This document shows positions 1 to 21,232 of a DNA stretch of 64,000 bases, piece by piece. Made by a program: the position numbers and the translations under genes. The DNA lies in assembly GCF_009914755.1 (NCBI RefSeq), contig NC_060944.1. One strand, 5' to 3'. The notes beneath the pieces were generated by a model that did no database searches, was not told where the DNA came from, and saw only the letters and a list, made by a program, of their open reading frames with translations. Positions within the stretch are counted from its first letter, which is position 1, and each line of letters begins with the position of its first letter. Source of the DNA: the human T2T-CHM13v2.0 reference genome, Homo sapiens.

Positions 1-1710
<1,710 letters not shown>

Positions 1711-1830
1711 TCACTTCGGCCCTCCAAATCTCCCACAAGAACCTCTCTTAGCTGGGCGCAGTGGCTCACACCTGTAATCCCAGCACTTTGGGAGGCCGAG
1801 GCAGGCAGATCACTTGAGGTCAAGAGATCA

Positions 1831-2177
<347 letters not shown>

Positions 2178-2703
2178 TTAGTCCCATCTTCTCCGGAAGA
2201 CTTCCAGTCAATGCCTAAGCAAGGTAGTATCAAAGGCTTCGTCATTGCTGCCCAATGGGGGAATTCCCTTAGTAGGCAATTTTTGCTCCAGAGCTCCCCC
2301 GTCAGGCTGGCAGAAATAGTACTAAGAATTCATTGTGAGGTGACACCTCCCCTGCTCAATCCTGCTTTTTCCCATTTTCTTTCACAGGTGACAGTCCACA
2401 ATAAATTTTTTGTATTTCTAACTCTGGCTTAGCATCTGCATCTCAGAAATTCCAACAAACATAAAATAATTTTAAAGCAAACATTATAACTATACTCAAG
2501 GACTGCAAATATGCTTCAAATAAGCGAATAAATAGAAATTTTCAACAGATAAATAGAAACTACAAAAAGAATCAAATGAACACGCTAGAATTTAAAAATT
2601 CAATATCTGGATTTTTTAAAGTTCACTGGATAGGCTTAACAAGAGATGAGAGGTGACAGAGAGTCAACAAACTTGAAGATAGGTCAATAGAAATATCCTA
2701 CCT

Positions 2704-2805
2704 GTCCTCACTTCGGCAGTACATATACTAAAATTGGAACGATACAGAGAGGATTAGCATGGCCCTGCACAAGGATGATATGCCAATTCATGAAGCATTA
2801 TAAAA
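2704..2805 (+). pseudogene. U6 snRNA retropseudogene
   Basis: GTCCTCACTTCGGCAGTACATATACTAAAATTGGAACGATACAGAGAGGATTAGCATGGCCC-TGCACAAGGATGA matches U6 including the ACAGAGA box; diverged, A/T-rich tail, embedded in L1, no PSE/TATA seen upstream. Confidence 0.95.
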
Positions 2806-3028
2806 TAATTTTTAAATTTTTTTAAAAAAGAAATAGCCCTGCTGAAGAATAGAAAAATAAAAAATGGTGAAATTTCAGTGACCTATGGAGCAATATCAAA
2901 AGTTTTAACTTTGTATCACTGGAGTCCTTGAAGGCAAGAAAAGATTGGGACAAAAAAGTTTTCTGGGTTGGGCGTGCTGGCTCACGCCTATATTCCTAGC
3001 ACTTTGGGAGGCCAAGGCGCGTAGATCA

Positions 3029-3253
<225 letters not shown>

Positions 3254-3590
3254 TCAAAAAAAAAAAAAGTTTTGTGAAGAAATAATGGTCAAATTTTTAG
3301 TGCAATTTATAAATTTATACAGTCAAGAAATTCAACAAACTCCAAGCAGGAAAAAATACAAAGAAAACCACATATAGATACATCATACCAAACTGCTGAA
3401 AACCAAAGATAAAGAAAATATCATGGTATTAGCCAGAGAAAATTTACGCAAAACATAATGGGGAACAATGATTTGAATGACTTCTGACTTCACGTCAGAA
3501 ATAGTAGAGAACAAAAGACAACAGAAAAACAACTTTAAGCCTAGGCAACATGGTGAAACCCCGCTTTTACAGAAAAAAATACAAAAATTA

Positions 3591-3728
<138 letters not shown>

Positions 3729-3812
3729 CTATATCCAAAAAAAAAGAAAAGAAAAACAACTTAAATTGTCAACCCAGAATTCTATATCCACTAAAATATA
3801 CCTGAAAATGAA

Positions 3813-4295
3813 TGTGTTGCTATGTAACAATTACCACAACCTAGTGGTTTTTAAATTTGCACATTATCTCACAGTTTCTGTAGATTAGAAGTCAGAGCCA
3901 GGAATCTGTTCTCACCTGGAAGCTGAACTGACAATGAATCGTCTCCCAAGCTCACTCAGGTTAGTGGCAGAATTTCTTTCTTTGAGACTGTAAGACTGAG
4001 GCTATGCTGAGCAACTAGATGTTGCCTGAAATTTCTTGCCTGGTGGGCTCAGATAAGTTTTTGCAAGCCTCCGTGCTCACAGCCAGTAAGTAAAAGAGAC
4101 TCTAGAGTCAGCTAGCAAGACAGAGTTTTTTATAATGTACCATATCATGGCAGTGGCAACCTATCACTTTTGCCATATTCTATTGTTTAGAAGCAATTCA
4201 CAAGTCCCACTCACACTCAAGGAGAGGAGATTATATGAAGATGTGAATACCAGAAGGTGGGGATTATTGGGGGTCGCTCAAGTCCTGTCCACCAC
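3813..4295 (-). mobile_element. MLT1-type MaLR LTR
   Basis: GCTATGTAACAATTACCAC..TTATCTCACAGTTTCTGTAG..CCCACTCACACTCAAGGAGAGGAGATTA pattern. Confidence 0.65.
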
Positions 4296-4457
4296 AAGGA
4301 AGATGAAATAAAAACATTTTAAAATGAATGAAAACTAAGAGACTTCACTCAGCAGACCTGCATTACAAGAAACACTAAATGAAGTTCATCAAATGAAGGG
4401 AAGTGACACAGATGGGAACTCATATATCTTCGAGAAGAAGTGAAATCCCTGGTGTTT

Positions 4458-4867
4458 TGTGAAAAGGCCATCTATGCAAAGCGACACCCAAAAACAGAAG
4501 GAGCCAAGAAGCCAAAGAATGAGGCTGACAAATCCAGTTTGTCAGTAGGAACTTATAGACAGAAGCGTAGTCTTGGGTGACAGCAAGACAAAAAATCTCT
4601 GCACCGTTACTCCCCAGACCCAGGGCTTTTATACCATAGGGCAAGAGTATATGTGCTCTATAGAGACAATTAAAGGCACCCTCCAGACAGGCAAAAATAC
4701 TATAGGCATCATAGCCCATAATTTCTGCAATAACATCAAGATAGACCTGTTGTTACACTGGGAACAGTAAGTAAAGTAGAAATTTTGCAGGCATTCCCAG
4801 GACTGGGGTTAAGCAGAAGTCAACATGGAAGATTAACATCCAAGATGGGGTCATTTTTCTCTCCACA
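4458..4867 (-). mobile_element. ERV1-class solo LTR (subfamily not assigned)
   Basis: TG...CA ends; minus strand begins TGTGGAGAGAAAAATGACCCCATCTTGGATGTTAATC. Confidence 0.55.
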
Positions 4868-4894
4868 TCTGAAAATGTTAAACATGTTGCTGAG

Positions 4895-5274
4895 TGATAT
4901 GGTTTGGGTCTGTGTCCCTGCCCAAATCTCATGTCAAATCATAATCCCCAATGTTGGAGGAGGGGACTGTTGGAGGTGATTGGATCATGGGGGCAGACTT
5001 CCCCCTTGCTGTTCTCATGATAGTGAATGAGTTCTCATGAGATCATGTTGTTCAACAGTGTGTAGCACCTGCCCCTTCCCTCTCCTCCCCCTGCTCTGGT
5101 CATGTAAGACGTGCCTCCTTCCTCTCCACCTTCTACCATGATTGTAAGTTTCCTGAGGCCTCTCCAGCCATGCTTCCTGTGCAGCCTGCAGAACTGTGAG
5201 CCAATTAAATCTGTTTTCTTTATAAATTACCCAGTGTCCAGTAGTTCTTTATAGCAGTGTTACAACGACTAATT
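4895..5274 (+). mobile_element. MSTA-type MaLR LTR
   Basis: TGATATGGTTTGG..CCCAAATCTCATGTC..GTGAGCCAATTAAA..TTCTTTATAGCAGTG. Confidence 0.88.
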
Positions 5275-6052
5275 TAGTGAATATAAAATATTACATTCTC
5301 CTTAATTTCTAAATGCTTCTAACTCTTTAAAGTAAAAATTATAACATTGTATTGTGGGAGTTTTAATGTTTTTATACATTATATATGAAAATACAGCATA
5401 AAGGTTGGGGGTAAACTGATGTGTATAGTTGTAAGGCTCTTAAATTTTGTGTGAAGTGGTAAAATATTTATATCTACGTAGAATGTAGACTCTAAGCTAA
5501 GAATGAATATTGTAATCACTAAGCAACCACTTTAAAACATAGAAAGAGGTGTAGCTAGAATGCCAATTAACAAATTAAAATGGAGTTCCAAAAATTTATT
5601 TTAACCCATAAGAAGGCCAAAAAGGATGAAGAGAGGAAAAATGTATATACAAAACAAACAAGTAATAAAATGGTAGATCTATATCAAATTATGTCCATAA
5701 TTACATTATCTGTAAATGGACTAAACACTCCAGCGAAAAAGCAGAGAAGGCAGGATTAAAAAACAATAACAAGGAGAATCTATATCCAACTACAAGAGAT
5801 ACACTTTAAATGTTACAATACAGATAGCTGAAAGGAAAGAGATGAGAAAAGATACATTATACAGCATCCAATCAGGGCATAAGAAAGCTAGAATAAGGGC
5901 TAGGTTAATTTCAAATGGAGTAGACTTTAAGACAGAGATAAAAAGGGACATTTCATGGTGGTAAAATGGTCCATTTTCATCAAGAGAACAAAAATCAGAA
6001 TTGCATCTAACGATAGAGCTTAAAAATGCATGAAACAAAAATTGACAAAACC

Positions 6053-9235
<3,183 letters not shown>

Positions 9236-9828
9236 GGTTGAGCACAGTGGCTCATGCCTGTAATCCCAGCACTTTGGGAGGCCAAGGCAGGAGGATCACT
9301 TGAGCCCAGAAGTTCAAGACCAGCCTGAGCAACATGGCCAGAGCTTGTGACTACAAAAATAGCTGGGTGTGGTGGGTGCACACCTATGGTCCCACCCATT
9401 TGGGAGGCTAAGGTGGGAAGATCACTTGAGCCCAGGAGATCAAGGCTGCAGTGAGCCATGATTGCAACACTGCACTCTAGCCTGAGTGATAGAGCAAGAT
9501 CTTGTCTCAAAAAATAAATTCCTAGTTCGGCTGACCAAGAAAAGAACCAAAATTATCAATATCGGGAATGAAAAAGGAAACAGTCTTACAAGTCCTATAG
9601 ACATTAAAAGAATAATAACTGCATATTATAAATAACTTTATGCTAAAAATATATTCAGAAAACCTAGATAAAATAAATTCCTTGGAAGTACAGCTTACCA
9701 AAAGTTATATAAAATAAAATAGAAAATCTAAATAGTCCATGTATCTCATAAGAAATTGAATTCATAATTCTGAAACTTCCCACACACACACACAAATCTT
9801 CCCACAGAGAAAATTCCATGTGGTTTCA

Positions 9829-10220
<392 letters not shown>

Positions 10221-10666
10221 TTAACAACTCATCTTATGAGGCCAGCAGAATCCTGAGGACAAACCTAACAAAGAAATCACATACACACACACGAAAAAAA
10301 TTCCAGACCAATATTCTTTTTGAACATTAATGCAAAACTCCTTCACAAAATATCACAAATAGAATCCAGCAATATTTAAAAAAAAAAAAGAAAGAAAGAA
10401 ACATGACCAAATTGGACATATCTCAGGAATCCAAGGTTGATTTAACTCACAAAAAGCCAAACAATGTAATCAGCCATATTAACAGTCTGAAACAAAAATT
10501 ACTCATTGAAATAAAGCAGGAAAACCATTTAAAAAAAAAACAGCCAGTTATTCAAAAACAAAACAAAAAAGGAAATAACTTTTAGCAAACCAGAATTAAA
10601 AGGGAACTTCTGCAATCTAATTAATGACATCTTCAAAAAGCCTACAGTTAACACTATACTTAGTAG

Positions 10667-10970
<304 letters not shown>

Positions 10971-12492
10971 TAGTTGAATATTGAATAGTTCCCCTCTAAG
11001 ATTGGGAAGAAGGCAAGAATATCCATTTTCACCACTTCTGTTCAACATGGTATCACAGATTCTAGCCCGTGAGGTAAGGCAAGTAAAGAAGTAAATGGCA
11101 TTGGGATTGGAAAGAAAGAAGTAAATTATCTTTATTCACAAGTGAAATTATTGTTTACATAGAAAATCTTAAGGAATCTATAAAACATCTGCTGGAACTA
11201 ATACGTAAACTAGCAAACTTGTAGACACAAAGGCAATACACCAAAATCAATTGTATTTTTCTGTTCTGGCAGTGAAACATTAGAAAATGGAATTAGAAAA
11301 CCAATTTTATTTACTGGAATGCCAAAAACATGAAATACTTAGGAATAAATTTAACAAAAGACATTGCCTTTACATTTAAAACCTCTTCATTAAAAATGTC
11401 TACATTAAAAAGCACACAATCTTACTGAGAGAAATTTTTAAAGGGCTGAATAAATGGAGAGATAAACCAAACGCACTGATTGGAATATTCAATGCTTTTA
11501 AGACGTCAATTAGTCCCAAAATTGATCTATACATTTAATGTCATCCCAACCGTAATCCAATCTGACCATTTTATGGAATTTGACAAACTCGTTCTAAAAT
11601 GTATATAAAAATACAAAGACCTGGAAGTATCCAAAGTAATCTTGAAAAAGACAAATTTGGAGGACTACTAGAACTGGATTTAAAGACTTGTGATGAAGCT
11701 ACAGTAATCAAGGCATTGTGGTTACTGTCATAAGGATAGATAAATAGATCAATGGACTAGAACAGAGAATCCAGATGTAGATCCTCATTTATAGGGTGAT
11801 TTATTTATTTTTTTATAAAAACACCAAAGCAATCCAATAAAGAAAGGAAATGTTTTTAGGCTGGGTGCAGTGGCTCACCCCTGTAATCCCAGCACTTTGG
11901 GAGGTCGAGGCTGGGAGATCATTTGAGGTCAGGAGTTCGAGACCAGCCTGGCCAATATGATGAAACCCCCATCTCTACTAAAAATACAAAAATTAGCCAG
12001 GCATGGTGGCAGGCACCTATAGTCCCAGCTACTCAGAAGGCTGAGGCAGAAGAATCGCTTGAACCCGGGAGGTGGAGGTTGCGGAGCTGAGATCATGCCA
12101 CTGTACTGCAGCCTGGACAACAGAGCAAGACTCCGTCTCAGAAAAAAAAAAGAAGGAAGGAAGGAAGGAGAGAGAGAAAAAAAGAAAGAGAGAGAGGGAT
12201 GGAAGGAAGGAAGGAAGGAAGGAAGGAAGGAAGGAAGGAAGGAAGGAAGGAAAAGAGGAGAAAGAAAGGAAATGTTTTCAACAAATAGTCTGAGAAAACT
12301 GGAGATTCAATATGGAAAAAAAAAAAGTGACCCTCTGCCTACAAGAAAAGATAGGAAACTTCCTTCTCAACTTGGAGACCAGGCTTCTTAAGCAGGTTTC
12401 TTAGGCAGTACTGAGAAAGCAATAACCATAAAAGAAAAAGTGTATAAAGTGTATAAAGTCATTTTATCAAAATGTGAAACTTCAGTTTGTCA

Positions 12493-12792
<300 letters not shown>

Positions 12793-13729
12793 TCAAAAAA
12801 AAAAAAAAAAAAAAGAAAATGAATATGTCATTCTCAGACTAAGAAAAAAATTCACAAAACATATATATCTGACAAAATGTCAGTATTCAGAATATATTTA
12901 AACACACACACACACAAACACACTTCTACAACTCATTTAAAGAAAGAAAAAAAAGGAAAGTGGTGTCAGTAAGATGGCTGCCTGCAGACCCTGCTGTTCA
13001 CCCTCCCACAAGACCCGACCAAGGCAAGCAATACGCAGATCAGATTTGACTGGAGTGTGGAGGGAGAGGGCTGGAGTGCAGCAGGGGAGTGGAGCTGCAG
13101 CTGCGGTGACTGCAAGGCCAGGAGGGCTGGACCTCCAGCATGAAGGCACCTGGCCTCTGCAACCCCGCCTCCCCCATCTGGATCTGATCTGTCCAGAGTC
13201 AGAAAGGACATCTCACTGCAGGGGAAAAAGTAAGCAGAAGAACCCCCTCGGAACCCCCATTGCAACTACAAACACCTTCAGTCCTCACTGCTGGAGAATC
13301 CCAGAGTCCTCGAGGGCCCTGAGTCCAGTGTGGAGAGCTACAGGAGGTCACACAGCCACACTGCCCTGGATCCGGAGCACAGTTGCACACTACCCATCCC
13401 CATCTACCCCCTCGAGCCAAGCTACTGCAGCACAGCCCCATCTTGAGACCAGAGCCATTTCTAGAGTGCACCCTGCTCTGAGGGCCAGTAGCCACTACCC
13501 CTCTCCAGCACCGGGCTTCAGCATTCCACCAAGCCCACGCGGGTGGCTGCTGATGCAAGCGCAGTAACATAAAGCCTGGGGGCAGGACTGGCTGTGACTG
13601 GCCCTGCACAGCAGGGAAACCAACTCCTGTGACCCTCACCTCCAGCAGGAGGAACAGTCTGGAAGTCCTGCCCAGGGCAAACCTGCCCTTGAGCCAGCCA
13701 AACTGCTGCGTGCCCAAGCAGGAGAGGCC

Positions 13730-14460
13730 CTCAAGCCTCCAAACAGCTGAAACACTCCTGGGCTGGCAGAGCAGCTATGTGCCTGTGCCCAAGTCCCGAG
13801 AAACTGTCTGCAATGCTCAATCCCCTACAGACAAGCCCCTGGCCTGCCCAGTGGCCCTGCACCCACAATCAAGGCCTGAAAAACATCCCTGCAGGCTACC
13901 TCTGGCAGACACTCCCCTAGGCCAGCCAAGCAACTGTGTGCCCATGCCCTGCAACTGAGAAACAACCCTACAGGTGATCCCTGTTGGACAAAACCCCAGG
14001 CTGGCCAAACCGCCATGAGCCCATATCCCAGGCCTGAGAAACAGCCCCATGGGCTTCCCCCAGCACACATGCCCCAGGCCAGCCAAGCAACTGTGTGACC
14101 ATAACTAGGTCCAAGAAACAGCTATATGGGCAGCCCCGGTGGGCACCCTCCAGGCCAACTGAGTAGCCTTGTGGCTGCATCCCAGGCCTGAGAAACAGCC
14201 CCACAGTCTGCCCCTGGCATGCATGCCCCCAAGCCTGCAGAGCAGCTGTAAGCCTGTGTCCTGGGCCTGAGAAACAGCCCTGCAGACTGCTCCTGGCAGG
14301 CACAGCCCCAGGCCGGCCATGCAACCACATGCACACATTCCCAACTAGAGTAATAGCCTCTTAGCGCCAACCCCAGCCTCACGTTTGCCAACACACAATG
14401 TGCATGCATGCACCTCTGACCTGAAGAAGCAGCCTGGCAAGGCTACCCCCGGTAAAGCCA
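13730..14460 (+). repeat. Diverged ~79-bp tandem array (about 9-10 units) within the L1 5' UTR
   Basis: Core CCCAGGCCTGAGAAACAGCCC recurs at about 13793, 13872, 13952, 14030, 14108, 14184, 14264, 14343, 14420. Confidence 0.85.
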
Positions 14461-14487
14461 CACCACTGCCACCACAGCCTCTGTTAG

Positions 14488-14843
<356 letters not shown>

Positions 14844-15123
14844 TAAGTGTTGTGACTTTATAATACACAGATAATATTTAACCTTCCCCACCCCAGTCAT
14901 TTTTTTCTCATATATTTCAAGGTCTTTCTCTCACAATGATCCTTCCAGATAAACTTTTTTTTTTTTGAGATAGGGTCTTGCTCTCTTGCCCAGCCTGAAG
15001 TGCAATGGCACAATCTCAGCTCACTGCAGCTTTGAACTCCTAGGCCCAAGCAATCTTCTCACCTCAGCCTCCTGAGTAGCTGGGACTATAGGCACATGCC
15101 ACCATGCCTGGCTAATTTTTTTT

Positions 15124-15602
15124 AATTTTAATAGTTTTTGGGGTACAGGTGGCTTTTGGTTATATGGATGAATTCTTTAGTGGTGAATGGTGAGATCTTA
15201 GTGCACTCATCACCAGAACAGTGAACACCATACCCAACATGTAGTCTTTCACCCACCTTCCAGTCTCCCCGACTGAGTCCCCAGAGTCCATTATATCACT
15301 CTGTATGTCTTTGCATCCTCATAGCTTAGCTCCCACTTATAAGTAAGAACATACAGTATTTGGTTTTCCATTTCAGAGTTACTTTGAATAATGGCCCCCA
15401 GCTCCATCCAAGTTGCTGCAAAATGCATTATTTTGCTCCTTATTATGGCTGAGTGGTATTTTATACTGTATATGTAACATTTTCTTTATTCACTCCTTCC
15501 TCGGTGGGTACCTAGGTTGATTCCACATCTTTGCTATTGCAAATTGTGCTGCTACAAACATGTGTGCATGTGTCTTTTTCATATAATGACTTCTTTTCCT
15601 TT
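15124..15602 (-). mobile_element. L1PB 3' end, 5'-truncated
   Basis: TTTTTGGGGTACAGGTGG..TTTGGTTATATGGATGAATTCTTTAGTGGTGA matches the L1PB 3' terminus. Confidence 0.85.
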
Positions 15603-16081
15603 ACATGCCATGTATATTAACAACACTTTCCCTATAAAACCTACTCCCTAAAATTGGAAGAAGCAACTTTTCCATCAAATGCATAGAAATCAATGTAGGG
15701 ACACATCAAACATGAACAATCAAGGACTCATGGCACCTCCAAAGGAACACAGTAGCTCTCCAGTAACAGTCCCCAATCATAAGGAAATATAAAAAATGCC
15801 AGAAAAAGAATTCAAAATAATAATCTGAAGAAAATTCAATGAGATACGATAGAATACAGATATACAATTCAATGAGATCAAGAAAACAATTCATGGTCTG
15901 AATGAGAAATTCAACAAAGAGATAGATATCATAAAAAAGAACCTAACAGATATTCTACAGCTGAAGAACTTAATGAATGAAATAAAAAATATATTTGAGA
16001 GCTTCAACAACACACCAGACCAAACAGAAGAAAGAATTTCTGAGCTTTAAGACAGGTCATTTGAAATAATACAGGCAGACC

Positions 16082-16517
16082 AAAAGAAAGAAAAAGAGAA
16101 AAGGAAGGAAGGAAGGAAGGAAGGAGGAGAAGGAAGGAAGAAAGAAAGAAAAATAAAGAGGGAGAGGGAGAGACAGAGAAAGAAAGAGAAAGAAAGAAAG
16201 AAGAGACAGAAAAGAAGGAGAAAAAAAGGGAGGGGGAGAGAGAGGAAAGAAAAGAAAGAAAGGAAAGAAAGAAAGAAGGAAAGAGAGAGAAAGAAAGGAA
16301 GGAAGGAGGAAGGGAGGGAGGGGAAGAAAGGCAGAAACAAAGGAAAGAAAAAGAAAGAAGGAGAGGGAGAGACAAAGAAAGAGAGAAAAAGAAAGAGAGG
16401 GGAGAGAGAAAAGAAAGAAAGATGAAAAGAAAGGGGGGAGAGAGAGGAAAGAGAAAAAAAAGAAAGAAAGAGAGAGAGAGAGGCAGGGAGGGAGGAAGGA
16501 AGGAAGGAAGGAAGGAA

Positions 16518-16563
<46 letters not shown>

Positions 16564-16590
16564 AAAAAGAGAAGAGAAAAAAGAAAAGAA
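16082..16590 (+). repeat. ~510-bp purine-rich (GAAA/GGAA/GA) low-complexity tract
   Basis: Almost only A/G on the + strand. Confidence 0.95.
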
Positions 16591-18162
16591 TAATTAAAAA
16601 GTGGCTGGGTGCTATGGCTCACACCCACAATCCAGCACTTTGGGAGGCCAAGATAGGAGGACCACTTGAGTCCAGGAGTTTGAGACCAGCCTGGGAAGCA
16701 TAGTAAGGCCCCATCTCTACCAATAAAAGGGTTTTTTTTAATTGGCTTGGCATGTTGGTGCATGCCTGTAATATTGGCTCCTTGGGAGGCTAATGCAGGA
16801 GGATCACCTGAGACAAGGAAGTCAAGGCTGCAGTGAGCCACAGTCATGGCACTGCATTCCTGCCTGGACAACAGAGCAAGACTTTGTCTCAAGGAAAAAA
16901 AAATGAAGAAAGCCTACACAACTTATGTGACATTATTAAGTAAAGAAATACTCACATTATGGGTATTCCAGAAGGAGAAGATAAGGGAAAAGGTTTAGAA
17001 AGCATATTTAATAAAATAATAGCTGAAAACTCAAGTCTTTGGAAAGAGATGGACATCCAAGAAGATCAAATAACCCTAAATGGATTCAACCCAAACAGGT
17101 CCTCTCTAAGGCACATTATACTCAAATTGTCAAAAGTCAAAAACAAAGAAAGACTTCTAAAAGCAGCAAGAGAAAAGCATTAAGTCATATATAAAGGAAT
17201 CTCTATTAGACTAACAGTGGATTTCTCAGCAGAAACCTTACAGGTCATGAGAGAATGGGATGATATATTTAAAGTACGGAAAGAAGGCCAGGCATGGTTG
17301 CTCACACCTGTAAGCACAGTATTTTAGGAGGCCAAGGCAGGCAGATTGCTTCAGCCCATGAGTTCAAGAGCAGTCCGGGCAACATAGCAAGACTCCATCT
17401 CTACAAAAATAGAAAAATTAGCCAGGCATGGTGGTATATGCCTGTAGTCCCAGCTACTCAGGAGGCTGAGGTGGAAGGATCACCTGAGCCTGAGGGGGCT
17501 GAGGCTGCAGTGAGCTGTGATCACACCACTGCACTCCAGCCTGGGTGACAGAGTGAGACCCTGTTCAAAAAAAAAAAATAGTACTGAAGAAAAAAAAAAA
17601 AAAAAAACTACCAAGCCAGAATATTATACCCAGCAAAGCTATCCTTCAAAAATGAAGGAAAAATAAAATCTTTCACACACAAGCAAAAACTAATAGGCCT
17701 TACAAGAAATACTCAAAGGAGTTTTACACCTGGAAGTGAAAAGACAACAGGCATCATCATGAAAGCATGTAAAACTATAAAACCCATTGTTAAGAGCTGA
17801 TGCACAAAGGAGAAAGAGAAAATCATCAAACCTTATCAAACAAACTATGCAAAACGACTCAAACACAAAAATAATGAGAGGAAGTAAGGAACAAACAATA
17901 GATAAAACAACAAGGAAACAATCAATAAAATGACAGGAATAAGTCCTCACCTATCAATGATAACTTTGAATGTAAATAAACTAAATTCCCCCCATTTAAA
18001 GATATAGACTGAATGGATTTAAAAAAAAAAAAGACCAACTACACATTACCTATAAGAATCTCGCCTTACCTGTAAAGACACACATAGGCTGAAACTGAAG
18101 AGACGAAAAAAGATATTCCAAGCAAACCAAAACCAAAAGCAAGCAGGAGTAGCTATGCTTAC

Positions 18163-18531
18163 GATATGGTTTGGCTGTGTCCCCACCCAAATCTCATCTT
18201 GAATTGTAACTCCCACAATTCTCACATGTTGTGGGAGGAACCTGGTGGGAGGTAATTGAATCATGGGGGCAGGTCTTTCCCGTGCTGTTTTTGTGATAGT
18301 GAATAAGTGTCATGAGGTCTGATGGTTTTAAAAACGGGAGTTTCCATGCACAAGCTCTCTCTTTGCCTGCTGCCATCCATGTAAGACATGAATTGCTCCT
18401 CCTTGCCTTCCGCCATGATTGTCAGGCTTCCCTAGCCACGTGGAACTATAAGTCCATTAAACCTCTTTCTTTTGTAAATTTCCCAGTCTTGGGTATGTCT
18501 TTATCAGCAGCGTGAAAACGGACTAATGCAA
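18163..18531 (+). mobile_element. THE1-type MaLR LTR
   Basis: GATATGGTTTGGCTGTGTCCCCACCCAAATCTCATCTTGAATTGTAACTCCC..TTTATCAGCAGCGTGAAAACGGACTAAT. Confidence 0.92.
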
Positions 18532-18612
18532 CTATGTCAAACAAAACAGACTTCAAGTAAAAAGCTGTAAAAGGAGACAAGGAAATTATATAATAATAAA
18601 GGGATTAATTCA

Positions 18613-19128
<516 letters not shown>

Positions 19129-20155
19129 TCATAGACCAAATGGACTTAACAGACATTTTACCCAACATATGCAGAATACACATTCTGTTTATCAGCACAT
19201 GAAACATTCTCCATGACTGACCATACATTAGGACATAAAACAAGTCTCAAAAAAAACTTTTTAGCTGAAATTCTACTAAGCATTTTATCTGACCACAATG
19301 AAATAAAACTGGATATCAATAACGAGAGGAACATTTAAAACCATACAAATGAATGGAAGTCAAACAACATGCTCCCGAATGACCAATGGGTGATGACAGA
19401 AATTAATAATGAAATTTAATAGGTCAGGCATGATGGCTTACACCTGTAATCCCAGTCCTTTGGGAGGCCAAGGCAGGAGGACTGCTTGAGCTCAGGAGTA
19501 TAAGACCAGCCTGGGCAACATGATGAAATCCTGTCTCTACTAAAAATACAAAAAGTAGCCACTTGGGCCCAGGAAGCAGAGGTTGCAGTATGTTGAGATG
19601 GCGCCACTGCACTCCAGCCTGGGTGACAGAACGTGACCCTGTCTGCCCCCCACTCCTCCAAAAAAAGGATGAAATCCTGTCATTCGCAGCAACATGGATG
19701 GAACTGGAGAATATTATGTTAAATGAAATAAGCCAGGGGAACAGAAGGTTAAACACTGCATGTTCTCACTCATATGTGGAAGCTTTAAAAAAAAAAAAAA
19801 GTTTATCTCATAGAAGTAAAAAGTAGAACAGAGAATACTCGAGATTGGGAAGGATGGGGGAAGGTGGGGTTAGGGAGATATTTGTTAAAGGATACAAAAT
19901 TACAGCTAGATAGGAGGAGTAAGTTCTAATGCTCTACAGCACTGTAGGATGACTGTAATTAGCAATAATACTGTATATAGTTTCACACAGCTAGAAGGAG
20001 GATAGTGAATGTTCCAACACAAAGAAATGACAAACGTTTGAGATGATGGATGTGCTAATTACCCTGATCTGATCACTATATATTATATGTATCACAACAC
20101 CGCTATGTACTCATATATATGCACAATTATTATGTGTCACTTTAAAAAATGTTTT

Positions 20156-20882
20156 TAACTGTTTTCCTCTATGGGCTGCTTAGCTCTACAGATATACACC
20201 AGAAGTCTTCAATCTAAGCTAACTGGGAAGGGGAACAGGGAACAGGAAACAGGGAGAAGAAACGGTCTGATGAAACTCACCTTCCCATCATTTGGCAGCC
20301 AGAAGAAGAGGAGCAGGTGGAGACTGTAATGGGGACTGCTAGTATTGCCTTTTCTGTCTTTTTGTTATTGATCCTATTGGCCAAATTAGGTACACACAGG
20401 TATCAGCATTGCTGCTTTTCTTCTGATCCTTGCAGGAAAGTCAGATGTCCGTCTCAAACTGAGCATCATCCTAAACTGCGTGTTCCCTGTCATGATTGTT
20501 CAAGTTGTTTACTTCTACTTAGGAGTCTTCTATTGAAGTGCCAGGGCTAGTGACTCCTGGGATATCGGGCAGATGGCAGGGCTGTGTGTGAGCCATGGGA
20601 GAACTGCAATGATCCAACAGAAACTTTTGATCATAAATGATTCAAGATCCCTGGGGTGTGGTGAAGAGCATCCTCCGGGCATGGTGCAATAGCCATGAGG
20701 TAGCTGCACATGTCGCTGATGGGCACAGTGTGGGTGGGGATGGCACAGCACTGGCTGGGCTGGTGACTGCTGCCAGCAGACAAGGACTTGGCTCTGGGTG
20801 CAGGCACTCCGCTTCATCCTGAGGACAGGCTGTGGCGGCTGCAGAGCTGGGCTGCTCCACCTCCTCAGGCAGGAGGAAGGCT
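20156..20882 (-). pseudogene. EIF4EBP2P1: EIF4EBP2 processed pseudogene (CDS remnant 20789-20441)
   Basis: Minus strand gives [86 protein letters not shown]. Intronless, start ATG mutated to AAG, stops and frameshifts, TSD AAAAATGTTTT at 20145-20155 and 20883-20893. The P1 numbering is from recall. Confidence 0.93.
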
Positions 20883-20884
20883 AA

Positions 20885-21232
<348 letters not shown>

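Noticed and set aside
2704-2805. Functional U6 gene or U6/L1 chimera
   Set aside because: Multiple substitutions, no Pol III upstream elements, and the flanking L1 continues colinearly on both sides, so it is a simple insertion.
12974-14409. Several 80-197 aa ORFs
   Set aside because: GC-rich L1 5' UTR and tandem array; stop-poor by composition.
16004-16892. Long F/L/S-rich or K/E/R-rich ORFs (also 30304-30958 and 45406-45857)
   Set aside because: Artefacts of purine-rich simple repeats joined to Alu or LTR sequence.
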